A stretch of 47,182 bases of DNA from Nitrosopumilales archaeon (GCA_044507735.1 JBIQJB010000018.1:1-47182); one strand, 5' to 3'; shown: positions 19,003 to 28,589, numbered from the stretch's first letter. Numbers and translations are program-made. Notes: generated from the letters alone by a model not told the origin.

Positions 19003-19485
19003 TCAGAGAAGCCCGTCCTCGTGTAGCCTGTTCAAGAGAGGTGTCAGAAATTCGCGCACCTCCTTTTCACCCAGCCTAAATGAGGAATTAACGCCAAGCG
19101 CGATTGAAAGCATGTTGCGATCCTCTCTTGCTGTGTACACTGCCGCGCCAACTATCTTGAACATTTTGGCGTTGTTGTACATCCATTTTTTCCACTCGGC
19201 AACTCGCTCAGAGTTTGCTTGCAGTGATGAAATGACATAGTCGATTGACATCCCATCGTGGTTGTCAAGAAGCCCAAGCTTTACCAAAGGGAGTAAGAGC
19301 GTACCTTCCTGCATCTCGGCATGAGTCTTGTTCATCTCTTCAATGATCTCGTCTTGTCTTTCCTTCGGCTCGATGTCTCCGTATCCGGGAAAAAAGTACC
19401 CTGCCAAGTTGCTGTCCCAGTCGTAAACTTTGTAGAGTGTGTCATCGTACTCTGTCTTCCAGATGGCCTTATTCTTGCCGAACAA
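19003..19485 (-). CDS. Hypothetical protein
   Basis: 160-aa ORF with normal composition, co-oriented with the downstream methyltransferase. Confidence 0.75.
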   Translation of the reverse strand: MFGKNKAIWKTEYDDTLYKVYDWDSNLAGYFFPGYGDIEPKERQDEIIEEMNKTHAEMQEGTLLLPLVKLGLLDNHDGMSIDYVISSLQANSERVAEWKKWMYNNAKMFKIVGAAVYTAREDRNMLSIALGVNSSFRLGEKEVREFLTPLLNRLHEDGLL

Positions 19486-19613
19486 GCGCTTAATGTTTCA
19501 GCTTCCGGCATATTTTTGTATGTAGTAACACTAGCCGGCACTGAAAGGTCGGCGGACTGGTGATGTTATATTGACCGTTGACTTAAATTACTCCCAGAAG
19601 CATTATCATACCT

Positions 19614-19940
19614 ATGTCAGAACAACCATCACAAGAGCACGCAACCCAACAGACACAAAGCAAAGAGGGTCCACATGACACCATATACATTGGCAAGAAG
19701 CCACTGATGACATACGTGACGTCTACGCTGATACAGTTAGCCAACCAGCCAACGGTGACAATCAAGGCGAGAGGCCTGAGTATCGGACGCGCAGTCGACG
19801 TGTCACAGATCACTCTAAAAAGGATGGAGAGTGCCGGCTACAAGATAGGCGACGTACGCATTGGCTCTGAGACAGTGCAGTCAGAGGACGGCAGGACAAG
19901 GAACGTCTCCACGATCGAGATTGAGATAAGAAAAAGCTAA
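19614..19940 (+). CDS. albA: DNA/RNA-binding protein Alba
   Basis: IYIGKKPLMTYV, IKARGLSIGRAVDV and NVSTIEI. Confidence 0.95.
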   Translation: MSEQPSQEHATQQTQSKEGPHDTIYIGKKPLMTYVTSTLIQLANQPTVTIKARGLSIGRAVDVSQITLKRMESAGYKIGDVRIGSETVQSEDGRTRNVSTIEIEIRKS

Positions 19941-20005
19941 GACTTCTGCTTTTTCACTTTTTCTTATTATATCCCCTAGATTACTGTATATCATAGTAAG
20001 AATCC

Positions 20006-20620
20006 TTGAGCACCATCGCAGCAGTCTACCTTGCACACCTGAACCCCCTGACAAAGGCACATGAATCAATAATTTCAAACCTCAAGAAAGACTACCGCGT
20101 TTATGTCTTTCCTGTGCGCTTTATTAAGGACGGCCGAGAGATAAACACAAAGAGCTTCCCATTTCCATATGAGGTTCGCAAGTCGATGGTCGAGTCTGTT
20201 TTTGGAGATTCTGTGTCGGTGTTTCCTGATTACACGTTCTATGCCCCTTATGTAAGGTACATGCCGCCACTCCTATCGCCTCGCTCATGGGAGCTTCGAA
20301 GACGAATTCTTGCACGCATAAAGGAGGAGAAATTCGTGTCATATACTGGCGACAGGGCTGAACGGGTGATGCTGAAAGCGTACAGGCTAAACCCGCTCAA
20401 GGCCGCGCGGCTCGAAATTTCTGCGACATCGGTCAAGGAAGAGCTCTACAGGCAGTCAATAGAAGGCCGCGACAAAGAAGAAAAATGGAGCAGCATGGTG
20501 CCTCCCCCCGTGACCGACGTCATCAGAAGGAATTGGGACATTATAGACAAGTTCGCAGGGATGGAGGACAAAACAACGAGGGTCATGGGCATGAAGTTTC
20601 CAAAGGAGGGCTACAAGTAG
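20006..20620 (+). CDS. HIGH-class nucleotidyltransferase (CoaD/NMNAT/cytidylyltransferase-like)
   Basis: AHLNPLTKAH (TxxH variant), PFPYEVRKSM and ISATSVK motifs. Confidence 0.7.
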   Translation: MSTIAAVYLAHLNPLTKAHESIISNLKKDYRVYVFPVRFIKDGREINTKSFPFPYEVRKSMVESVFGDSVSVFPDYTFYAPYVRYMPPLLSPRSWELRRRILARIKEEKFVSYTGDRAERVMLKAYRLNPLKAARLEISATSVKEELYRQSIEGRDKEEKWSSMVPPPVTDVIRRNWDIIDKFAGMEDKTTRVMGMKFPKEGYK

Positions 20621-20689
20621 ATGAATTATTTTCTGCTGCGCGAATAGCTATCTTTTGAAGCAATTAACTTTTCACCTGCGCTGTCCCGC

Positions 20690-21610
20690 TTACAAATGCA
20701 TAGAGAGTAGCGGCGGCACTTTCAGAAGTATCTCAATTACCATGTTCTGAGAGCCTTTTGTATTAACGAAATATGCACCAAACTTACTTCTTGCATGATA
20801 AAAGGGGGCACGGATGGTGCAATCCGTCTGGGTCTCCCGCTCACGCAGGCTTTCCCTGAGAAAATATCCGCGACCGGCAAAGTTCTGCTGCTGCTCTGCT
20901 TGGATAACAACAGTCACTTGAACCATGCCTCGCAAATTCGCCTTTGTATTGATTCCGGGTTCGATTCCTGCTCATATCATCCAGGTACCCTGAAGTTCAC
21001 TTCGCTAATGCACGCGGAGTGTGGCAATATCATCCTCACTCCGACTTCGTCGTCCTTGGACTCGTTTTTCAAAATGCTATCCTCACCCTGCTGCGTTGTA
21101 CTTCGTCACCTACAGCCTCTAGTGATATCACTCCCATTATCTTGATGCCATTTGGCATGAGCATACACGCGTCTTCCGCTACCCTCATAAGACATGCCAT
21201 TTCTCATGACGCATCCGCTTTCTCTCCGACCGCGCGATTGGCTACTTTGATACCTGAACTGTTGACTACGATGACTATGGCATTTCCATCGAGCGGTCGA
21301 CTCACTTTGATCTACAGATTGTTGTTGATTCTTCTGATGGCCGTGCTGTAATCGGACTGTGGATGGCATCTTCCGTACGTCGAACGTTCTTATCATACAT
21401 TAGGTCCTTCCGTCTGAAAATATGGCAGTTTGAAACAGGGCGCGCATCCCAAATACTGGATAAACTATTCTGGATGGTAGTACGGGCTGCTCTCTGCCTG
21501 GTCTTCCCAATCATCTTCTTTCCGTTCTCCCTGCCCGGCTTCGACGAGATCATCAAAACCAAGCACAACTTCGCCGCGCGCTATTATCGACTGCGTCCAA
21601 GTACACCGGT
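20690..21610 (-). pseudogene. Eroded IS5-family (IS903-like) transposase
   Basis: Colinear fragments with stops/frameshifts: ARGEVVLGFD, PYYHPE*FIQYLG, LPYFQTEG, DYSTAIRRIN, IVVNSSGIKVANR, ISLEAVGDEV, NFR/YLDD/GIEPGI, KFGAYF...NMVIEILLK. Confidence 0.8.
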
Positions 21611-21739
21611 TTACCATGATGACACCTGCCCGCAGAATGTCCAACTAACTTCAGGCCGGTGGATGAGCGCGGATGTGAAAGGTAATAGTGCAACAACGTA
21701 GAAACCTTCGCTGTAAATTTTTATAGGTCAGCAGGAATT

Positions 21740-22669
21740 GTGCCCTTATATATGAAGGAAAAGGGCGGTGAGTTTGTATGGTTCGACGGCAAGTTCGTGA
21801 AATGGGAAGATGCTAAGGTGCCAATCTTTACACACGCGCTGCATTATGGCACTGCCGTCTTTGAAGGAATCAGAGGCTATGCGACAAAGAATAACTTGTA
21901 CATCTTCAGGTTGCAAGAGCATATGGAGAGGCTCCATCGATCTGCGGGTGTATATTCAATCTCACTTCCATATTCGGCAAGTGAGCTTGGGAGGGCCACA
22001 GTGGAGCTCTTGCAAAAGAATAAGATTAAAGAGTCATGCTATATTAGGCCGCTTACGTTTGTGGGACTGCATGGTATTGACTTGAACGTGACCAAAGACT
22101 CTCCAACCCATACCGTCATTATCGCATTCCCATTTGCAAAGTATTTCAAGGGCGAAGGTATCAAGGCATGCGTCTCTTCATGGAGGCGGATTAATGACAG
22201 CACGACTCCTCCACTCGCCAAGGCTGCCGGGAATTACCTTAACTCGATTCTTGCTACACAGGAGAGCAAGCGTAACGGTTATGACGAATCAATACTGCTT
22301 GATGTGTCAGGCAACGTGAGTGAGGCATCTGGTGAGAACATATTCCTTGTCCGCAAGGGTAAGATCTATACTCCCTTCCTATCGGATTCAGCTCTTGAAG
22401 GCATTACAAGGGAGAGTGCAATGAAAGTGGCAAGAGACATGGGATATGAAGTCACAGAACGCCCCATCCCACGTACTGAGTTGTACCTTGCAGATGAGAT
22501 ATTTCTCACGGGCACTGCCGCCGAAATCGTCCCGGTGACAAGCATCGATGGTCATGTCATCGGAGACGGAAGAGAAGGCCCAGTGACCAAGGCTATTCGC
22601 GAAATGTATGCCAAGATTGTTTCTGCTGGCGCCAGCGACTATGAAGGCTGGTTGACTCCTGTATGGTAA
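21740..22669 (+). CDS. ilvE: Branched-chain amino acid aminotransferase
   Basis: LHYGTAVFEG, YIRP, AKAAGNY (PLP lysine), EASGENIF, LEGITR and GTAAEI; start may be the ATG a few codons downstream. Confidence 0.95.
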   Translation: MPLYMKEKGGEFVWFDGKFVKWEDAKVPIFTHALHYGTAVFEGIRGYATKNNLYIFRLQEHMERLHRSAGVYSISLPYSASELGRATVELLQKNKIKESCYIRPLTFVGLHGIDLNVTKDSPTHTVIIAFPFAKYFKGEGIKACVSSWRRINDSTTPPLAKAAGNYLNSILATQESKRNGYDESILLDVSGNVSEASGENIFLVRKGKIYTPFLSDSALEGITRESAMKVARDMGYEVTERPIPRTELYLADEIFLTGTAAEIVPVTSIDGHVIGDGREGPVTKAIREMYAKIVSAGASDYEGWLTPVW

Positions 22670-23610
22670 CAGACACTAGGATCGCAGTAATAGGCGTTGG
22701 GGGTTGGGGAAAGAACCACGCAAGAGTCCTAAAGGATCTTGGATGTCTTGCGGCAATTTGCGATCTAGACGCGGCGCGGGGAAGAGAAATAGGCGACAAG
22801 TACGGAGTCCCTTCATATTCCTCATTGGACGACATGCTCGCCAATGAGAGGCTTGATGGTTGCCTCGTATGCACTCCAACCAAGACCCACGCCTTAGTTG
22901 CAAAAAGAATAATGGAACATGGCATCAATGCGTTTGTTGAAAAGCCAATGTCCTTTTCATCCAAAGAATGTGAAGAGATGATGGAGGTCGCTGAGAACAA
23001 CAAAGTCTTGCTGACTTCTGGCTATGTCGAACGCTTCAATCCTGCGGTAAGTGATGCCCGCAAGTTGATAGAGGGTGGCATGTACGGTGACCCGATGATG
23101 ATCGAGTTCCACCGGGAGAACCGGATGCCGCTTCACATCAAAGACGTAGGCGTCATATATGACACGTCAGTGCACGATATTGATGCAGCGATGTTCCTTT
23201 TTGGAAGTAGACCAAACGTCATCTTTGCGAGAGCCGGTAAGCGCTTTCACACGTTTGAGGATTTCGCGACGATAATGCTTGGATTTGAAGGCCAGAAAGT
23301 TGCCATAATTGCGTCGAACTGGCTCACCCCAAAGAAGGTCAGAACATTCAGCGCCGTGTGTACCGACGGCATAATAACCGGGGACTTTTTGACACAAGAA
23401 ATAAGAATAGACCATTCGGAGGCGACAATAACACCGCGCAGGCAGTTCCAAGAGCCGCTCACGCTAGAGCTGAAAAATTTCATCGAGTCAATCGAAGGAA
23501 AGTCCAAGCTGATGGTCACTGCAGCCGACGCGACAAATGTGACAAGGGTAGCTGAAGCGGCGATACTCTCAAGTAATACTGGTTCACCCGTATATTTGGA
23601 TCTGCGATGA
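22663..23610 (+). CDS. Gfo/Idh/MocA oxidoreductase (WbpB/WlbA-like)
   Basis: GVGGWG, VEKP, ERFNP and DVGVIYDTSVHDID. Confidence 0.9.
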   Translation: MVTDTRIAVIGVGGWGKNHARVLKDLGCLAAICDLDAARGREIGDKYGVPSYSSLDDMLANERLDGCLVCTPTKTHALVAKRIMEHGINAFVEKPMSFSSKECEEMMEVAENNKVLLTSGYVERFNPAVSDARKLIEGGMYGDPMMIEFHRENRMPLHIKDVGVIYDTSVHDIDAAMFLFGSRPNVIFARAGKRFHTFEDFATIMLGFEGQKVAIIASNWLTPKKVRTFSAVCTDGIITGDFLTQEIRIDHSEATITPRRQFQEPLTLELKNFIESIEGKSKLMVTAADATNVTRVAEAAILSSNTGSPVYLDLR

Positions 23611-23882
23611 AGAAATCAATGTTGGATATCCTTGCATGTCCTATCGACAAGCACTACCCGTTGGAACTGTACGAGGTAGAGTCGGAAGGACAGACAGTCA
23701 AGGAGGGTGTGCTCTTTTGCAACAAGTGCAGCCGCTATTACCCAATTATCGACGAGATACCTGTGATGCTTCCTGACGAACTTAGGAAGGAGAGGAAGGA
23801 CAGGGATATTGAATTTCTGAGGAAATGTCAAGGAAAAATTCCTGACAAAGTTATAAAGCAAGGAAATCCGTGGCATCTCTGA
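23607..23882 (+). CDS. Trm112 family methyltransferase activator
   Basis: LDILACPIDK...EGVLFCNKCSRYYPIIDEIPVML. Confidence 0.92.
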   Translation: MKKSMLDILACPIDKHYPLELYEVESEGQTVKEGVLFCNKCSRYYPIIDEIPVMLPDELRKERKDRDIEFLRKCQGKIPDKVIKQGNPWHL

Positions 23883-23886
23883 AACA

Positions 23887-24393
23887 ATGAGCAACAACTA
23901 TGCTGCGCCACCTGGCGTAACAAACTATGTGGCCAAGAATGCCAAGATCGGCAAGAATGTCAAGATATGGCACTTTGCTTATGTCGGAGCAGAAGCAGAG
24001 ATCGGCGACAATGTCATGATAGGGTCCCTTACGCATGTAGACTACAAGGTCAAGATAGGGGATAACACCCGTATTGAAGGCTCGGTATACATCCCGCCAC
24101 TTACAGTAATTGGAAAGAATGTGTTTATCGGACCGGCTGCCACATTCACAAACGATCCGTACCCGATGAGCCCCAAGATGATTGGGGTGATAGTGGAAGA
24201 TGGCGCAATAATCGGGGGAAGGTCTGTCTTCAAGCCCGGCGTCCGCGTTGGCAAGAATAGCGTAGTGGCAATGGCCTCAGTTGTAACTAAGGACGTACCG
24301 CCCGATACTGTTGTTTTGGGACACCCTGCACGCCCAGTATACAGCCGCGAAGAGTATGATAAGAAAAAGAAAGCGTGGGAGTCCGACAAGTAG
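23887..24393 (+). CDS. Hexapeptide-repeat N-acetyltransferase (WbpD/WlbB-like)
   Basis: IWHF, hexapeptide repeats, FIGP..TFTNDPYP and VVTKDVP...GHPA. Confidence 0.88.
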   Translation: MSNNYAAPPGVTNYVAKNAKIGKNVKIWHFAYVGAEAEIGDNVMIGSLTHVDYKVKIGDNTRIEGSVYIPPLTVIGKNVFIGPAATFTNDPYPMSPKMIGVIVEDGAIIGGRSVFKPGVRVGKNSVVAMASVVTKDVPPDTVVLGHPARPVYSREEYDKKKKAWESDK

Positions 24394-24406
24394 GTGCTCT
24401 TTATGA

Positions 24407-25411
24407 CTACAATAATGGGCGCACTTTTCTTACTTCCGGATTCACCAAGAATTTCGGATCAGGCTCTTTGCCTGCCAGAACGTCAAGCAAGTTTTTGGCT
24501 GCGACTTCTGCCATCTTGGAGCGAGTCTGGTACGTAGCGCTTCCAATGTGCGGAACAAGGACGACATTTTTCATTTTCATTAGGGGGCTTGATCTTGGTA
24601 GGGGTTCCCTCTCAAATACGTCAAGAGCGGCTCCTGCGATCCTGCCTGCTTTGAGTGCTCTTGCAAGGTCTGCCTCCTTTATGACCTGTCCACGTGACGT
24701 GTTGACTAGGAACGCAGTCTTTTTCATTAGCTCTATTTTGCTCTTGTTTATCATATGATGGCTACTGTCATTCAAGCTGGTATGTATTGACACAAAATCA
24801 CTTTGAGCCAACAGGTCATCCAGCTCCACATACTTGGCACCCAGCTCGGCTTCCATCTGCCGGTTCCTATTCCTGTTATGATACAAGATGTTCATGTCAA
24901 AGCCCTTTGCTCTCTTTGCTACTGCAGATCCGATCCTGCCAAGTCCGATTATGCCAAGCGTCGCTCCGTGCACGTTGTATCCAAGCATCAGATCTGGTGC
25001 CCATCCGGACTTCCATCTGTTCTGTCTGACATACTTGTCTGCATTAACTATATTGCGTGAGCAAGCAAGGATCAGGGCAAACGTGATGTCTGCAATTGCT
25101 TCCGTCAACGTGTCTCCCGTATAGGTTACGTAGATACCTCTTGCAGTTGCTTCTTTCACATCGATGTGCTCAAGACCTGTGCTATACGAGCTAATAACCT
25201 GCAAACTTGGGCCTGCCGCATCCATCACTTCCGCGTCTATTCTGTCTGAGAGCATGCAGAGGATTCCGTGCTTGCCAGCTGCATTTTTTAACAGTTCTTT
25301 TCTGACTGGTGGATTTGGTTTCTTGTGAAGGGTGACATTGCATTCTTTCAAGAGCATTGATAGTGCCGGCTCCAAGATCTTTCTTGTCATATACACGTGC
25401 TTCTCGCTCAT
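24407..25411 (-). CDS. Glyoxylate reductase / D-2-hydroxyacid dehydrogenase
   Basis: GIIGLGRIG, VNTSRG, LDVFEREP and PHIGSAT. Confidence 0.92.
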   Translation of the reverse strand: MSEKHVYMTRKILEPALSMLLKECNVTLHKKPNPPVRKELLKNAAGKHGILCMLSDRIDAEVMDAAGPSLQVISSYSTGLEHIDVKEATARGIYVTYTGDTLTEAIADITFALILACSRNIVNADKYVRQNRWKSGWAPDLMLGYNVHGATLGIIGLGRIGSAVAKRAKGFDMNILYHNRNRNRQMEAELGAKYVELDDLLAQSDFVSIHTSLNDSSHHMINKSKIELMKKTAFLVNTSRGQVIKEADLARALKAGRIAGAALDVFEREPLPRSSPLMKMKNVVLVPHIGSATYQTRSKMAEVAAKNLLDVLAGKEPDPKFLVNPEVRKVRPLL

Positions 25412-25436
25412 GTCACTACTGGGTCTATTTGCGCCA

Positions 25437-25964
25437 CTATTTAACTATGAACAACACATGGGCAAAGGCTGATATTTTCATTCTTCTTTGGCCACTATCC
25501 CGCAGGATCTTTTCAGGAGAAACTTCACCGCGTTCTGTTGGTCGTGGCAACATAGAGAACAGGTCTTTATGCAGAGTGCTCAGGCTACAAACGTAGCAGC
25601 AATTCCTATCAGGAGTGCTGCTCCGCACATTTCTCTCATAACTGCATGTGCTTATATTGGAAAGACTCTGGCTCTGGGGACTCTCCCTGGGGGCAGCTTA
25701 TTTCCGAGTACCTCATCATTCTGCCTGTACAAGGCGATTGGGATTGTGCTGAGGCACCGCCTTGAGCGTTGTTGAACCGCTCGGAACCAGACTCCTTATT
25801 GCCTCTTCGGTTTTTGCCATGTTTGCTATTACTCGCAAGTTCTCTAGGAATATGGATTCGTAGTGGCTGCTCATGTAGCAATGATGCGTTATGCTCGGTA
25901 GAAAGTACTTGCTTTTGTTTTTGTGCATGATCTCTCGTAATTCTCTGATGGCCTTATGTTTCAA
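25437..25964 (-). pseudogene. Eroded C-terminal half of TnpB (IS200/IS605 OrfB)
   Basis: Fragments in TnpB order across frames: NKSKYFL, YESIFLENLRV.NM.K (RuvC-II), NRLVQAE/RYSEISC, AHA...CGA (Zn-finger relics), PDRN...SL..L (RuvC-III) and ERGEVSP tail. Confidence 0.7.
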
Positions 25965-26030
25965 AGAAATGGCTTTGATGTGCTCGCTGGTGGTTCTTTA
26001 GTGTGCAGCCAAGGCTAATGATAGGAATAA

Positions 26031-26129
26031 TAGCCCGGCCCAGATTCGAACTGGGGTCAAGGGCTCCAAAGGCCCCTATGCTTGGCCACTACATTCGGCG
26101 GAAAAATGATTCTTTTCCTCCACCGGGCT
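26031..26129 (-). tRNA. tRNA-Gln(TTG) with a 26-nt intron at position 10/11 (26094-26119)
   Basis: Exons AGCCCGGTGG and TGTAGTGGCCAAGCATAGGGGC-CTTTGGA-GCCCTTGACCCCAG-TTCGAAT-CTGGGCCGGGCTA; junctions form a bulge-helix-bulge-like motif. Confidence 0.92.
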
Positions 26130-26161
26130 TCCGGGCTTAAGTCACACTATCTTGCACGTCT

Positions 26162-27190
26162 TTATAATCTTAAGGCACTGATCATCCTTTCAGTCGGGTC
26201 ATCCATCCATGCTAGTATCCGTGCAGCTTTCCTCTCTTGCGCCCTCCTGTAACGATCATCCAAGATCATTTTTCTGCTCATCTTCACAAGTAGTCTTGGA
26301 TTGGCAGCCTTACTGACTAGCCCAGTTCTTACAAGATATTTTTCGACATAGTACCCCAGCGGCGCTATCGATATCGTGGGCTTTCCAAGCAGAGCCGCTT
26401 CTGCAGTCATTGTTCCCCCCGCGCCTATGAACAAGGCTATTGATTTTAGCAGTGCAGTCCCATCAACCACATCCTTCAAGACCTGCACTTTATTGCCATA
26501 GCGCGCCTCTACTTCCTCAATCTGATCCTGATACCTGCAGAGAACCATGATACTTGATGTCTTCCACAGTTCATCTACAAAGTCATCGATCATTTTTTCA
26601 GTTCCGATCTTCTTGTCTGCAATGTACGAAGCCTTGCTCTCTTCGAGCCTTAACAATATTGTTTTTTCCCTGCGATCTGGTTCGGGAGTTTCGTCGTGCT
26701 TGAGCCAAGACGCTGGATCCAATGCGCGGTAGCGTACGACATTTTTTCTTGCAATGCCGTATCCTGTCCATGATGAAACTGGTATGACCCATGGGCAGAA
26801 CAACTTATCCATCAGCGGTATGGTAAGTCTCGCTACGGCCTCTGCATGAGGGGAGTCGTTAAAGCCAATATGCCTGATACCGAGACCAAAGGCCACTCTT
26901 GCGCCTTCTGGGGACGAAAAGGAAACTGCAACATCTGGTCCGAAACTCTCTACCACCTTTGCAAGTTCGTACGTCCTGCTTGCGCTTTGGAGCAGCTTGT
27001 CATATCTATCTGCACCGCCATGCGCGCCAACAATCGCGAGATCAAGCTTTTTGATCCTTGCCAGTTCGACTGCTTCCCTATACTGCCTTGAAGTACACAG
27101 TACTTCGTGGCCGGACCTGCGGAGTTGAGTCACGGCATGATGGAAAAACATCACCTGCTTCGGGGTCAAAATATCGAACCAGATCTTCAA
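26162..27190 (-). CDS. DUF354 family protein (GT-B-fold, glycosyltransferase-like)
   Basis: KIWFDILTPKQ, NDSPH, RLEESKASY and GAGGTMTAEAALLG; TTG start at 27190 preferred. Confidence 0.88.
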   Translation of the reverse strand: MKIWFDILTPKQVMFFHHAVTQLRRSGHEVLCTSRQYREAVELARIKKLDLAIVGAHGGADRYDKLLQSASRTYELAKVVESFGPDVAVSFSSPEGARVAFGLGIRHIGFNDSPHAEAVARLTIPLMDKLFCPWVIPVSSWTGYGIARKNVVRYRALDPASWLKHDETPEPDRREKTILLRLEESKASYIADKKIGTEKMIDDFVDELWKTSSIMVLCRYQDQIEEVEARYGNKVQVLKDVVDGTALLKSIALFIGAGGTMTAEAALLGKPTISIAPLGYYVEKYLVRTGLVSKAANPRLLVKMSRKMILDDRYRRAQERKAARILAWMDDPTERMISALRL

Positions 27191-27280
27191 GCATGAACTG
27201 TATAGAAAACAAATGGAAAAACCTTTTGTAGACCACTTGTGATACAACCTAGGGATAAACGGGGGAGCTCAGTCGACACT

Positions 27281-28441
27281 TTGAGTACAGGATCATCAAC
27301 TTCTGTTGCAGTCTATGGCTTGAGCACCGAAGGTTACCGGATAGCTTCCTCGATAGCAATAAAGGGTTCAAAAGTGTCGCTCATTGACGAGTCTGTTAGG
27401 ATGGCGATTTCTCTCAAGCCAGATATTGCAAGGACCTATCCTGATGTAAGCTCGTTGGTAGAAGACGAGCCCTTGCTCGATTTAGAGCCGATCGACGTTG
27501 CAGTGAGCAACGCGTCATACGTCTACTTTGCTCCGCGCGTGAGAAAGGTTGGCTCCGACGTGAAAGGCGACGTTACCACCAAGTTCAAGGATGCGATAAA
27601 GGCACTCAGGCGTGGAGCATCTGTAGTTTACATGCTGCCGACAGGCGTTGGCGGCAACAATGAGAACATTGCGCTAATCGAGCACATGACTGGCATGACT
27701 GTCGAAAAGGATGTGTCTTACTATTACCTTCCTATGAGCACGCTTATGGGCAGCGGCGCCGAAACTATGATTGGGTCAGCAAAGTCGAAGCAGGATGCGC
27801 ACCTTTCCAAGATGCTCCACGATCCTGACACGCGGCGCAAGCTCTCTTTTGTGGATGTCAATTCTGCAGAACTGACGCATGTCATAAAGACGCTGAGCCA
27901 CTATTCTGGACTGGCTAGCATACTTGAAATCTGCAAGAGGGCTGCGGGTAGCAGCATTGGAAGCGATCTGATGCGCGGCTCATTTGCCGACCTTTATATT
28001 GACGACGTGACAAGTGGGCTTTATGATCTGCGCATAATTGGCTCTTCACTTGATGGCGCAGGCCCTCTAATGTATCTGGTCAACGGTAGCATAAAGGGCG
28101 TCGAAGGCTATGTCAAGTATCTTATTGACCAGATACGCTCAACACTAAAAAAGCGAGACCTCAAGGCGAGTAGGACCAAAGTTGCCATAGCGTGGACGCT
28201 TGACCCGCACGAAATGAGGGGGGACAAGATCGAGCTCTTGTCAGCGCTTGAGGCAAAGGTTAAAGACTATATCGGAGACGTGGAACGTCACCAAGGCCCA
28301 ACTTTTGACTTGTACCACACCGACAAGACGACGGTTGTAATTGCCTGCTCCAAGGCCGATTATGAGAAGGTGGTATCAAAGAATATGACAAATCGGGATT
28401 TTATCGTGATGAAGGCAAACCCTCTCTGTGAAACGCTGTAG
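27281..28441 (+). CDS. Divergent UDP-glucose/GDP-mannose dehydrogenase-like protein
   Basis: N-terminal Rossmann-like VAVYGLSTEG, SAEL helix and C-terminal KVAIA domain; catalytic motifs degenerate; TTG start at 27281 preferred. Confidence 0.6.
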   Translation: MSTGSSTSVAVYGLSTEGYRIASSIAIKGSKVSLIDESVRMAISLKPDIARTYPDVSSLVEDEPLLDLEPIDVAVSNASYVYFAPRVRKVGSDVKGDVTTKFKDAIKALRRGASVVYMLPTGVGGNNENIALIEHMTGMTVEKDVSYYYLPMSTLMGSGAETMIGSAKSKQDAHLSKMLHDPDTRRKLSFVDVNSAELTHVIKTLSHYSGLASILEICKRAAGSSIGSDLMRGSFADLYIDDVTSGLYDLRIIGSSLDGAGPLMYLVNGSIKGVEGYVKYLIDQIRSTLKKRDLKASRTKVAIAWTLDPHEMRGDKIELLSALEAKVKDYIGDVERHQGPTFDLYHTDKTTVVIACSKADYEKVVSKNMTNRDFIVMKANPLCETL

Positions 28442-28589
28442 TAGTGAGCGTCTTCGCGTTTCCAGCTTTGCCAGTTGAGAATCCTCTGACTTGTTTTTTC
28501 ATTATGGGGAAAAAGATATGGACACCTTTCCAACTTCTCCAACTGGGTGCTCGAAAGAATTAAAATTATTGTACTCCGCAGTCTAGGAC

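Noticed and set aside
20955-20970. GGGTTCGATTCC, resembling a tRNA T-arm or att site
   Set aside because: No cloverleaf around it; on the minus strand it encodes GIEPGI of the IS5 transposase relic
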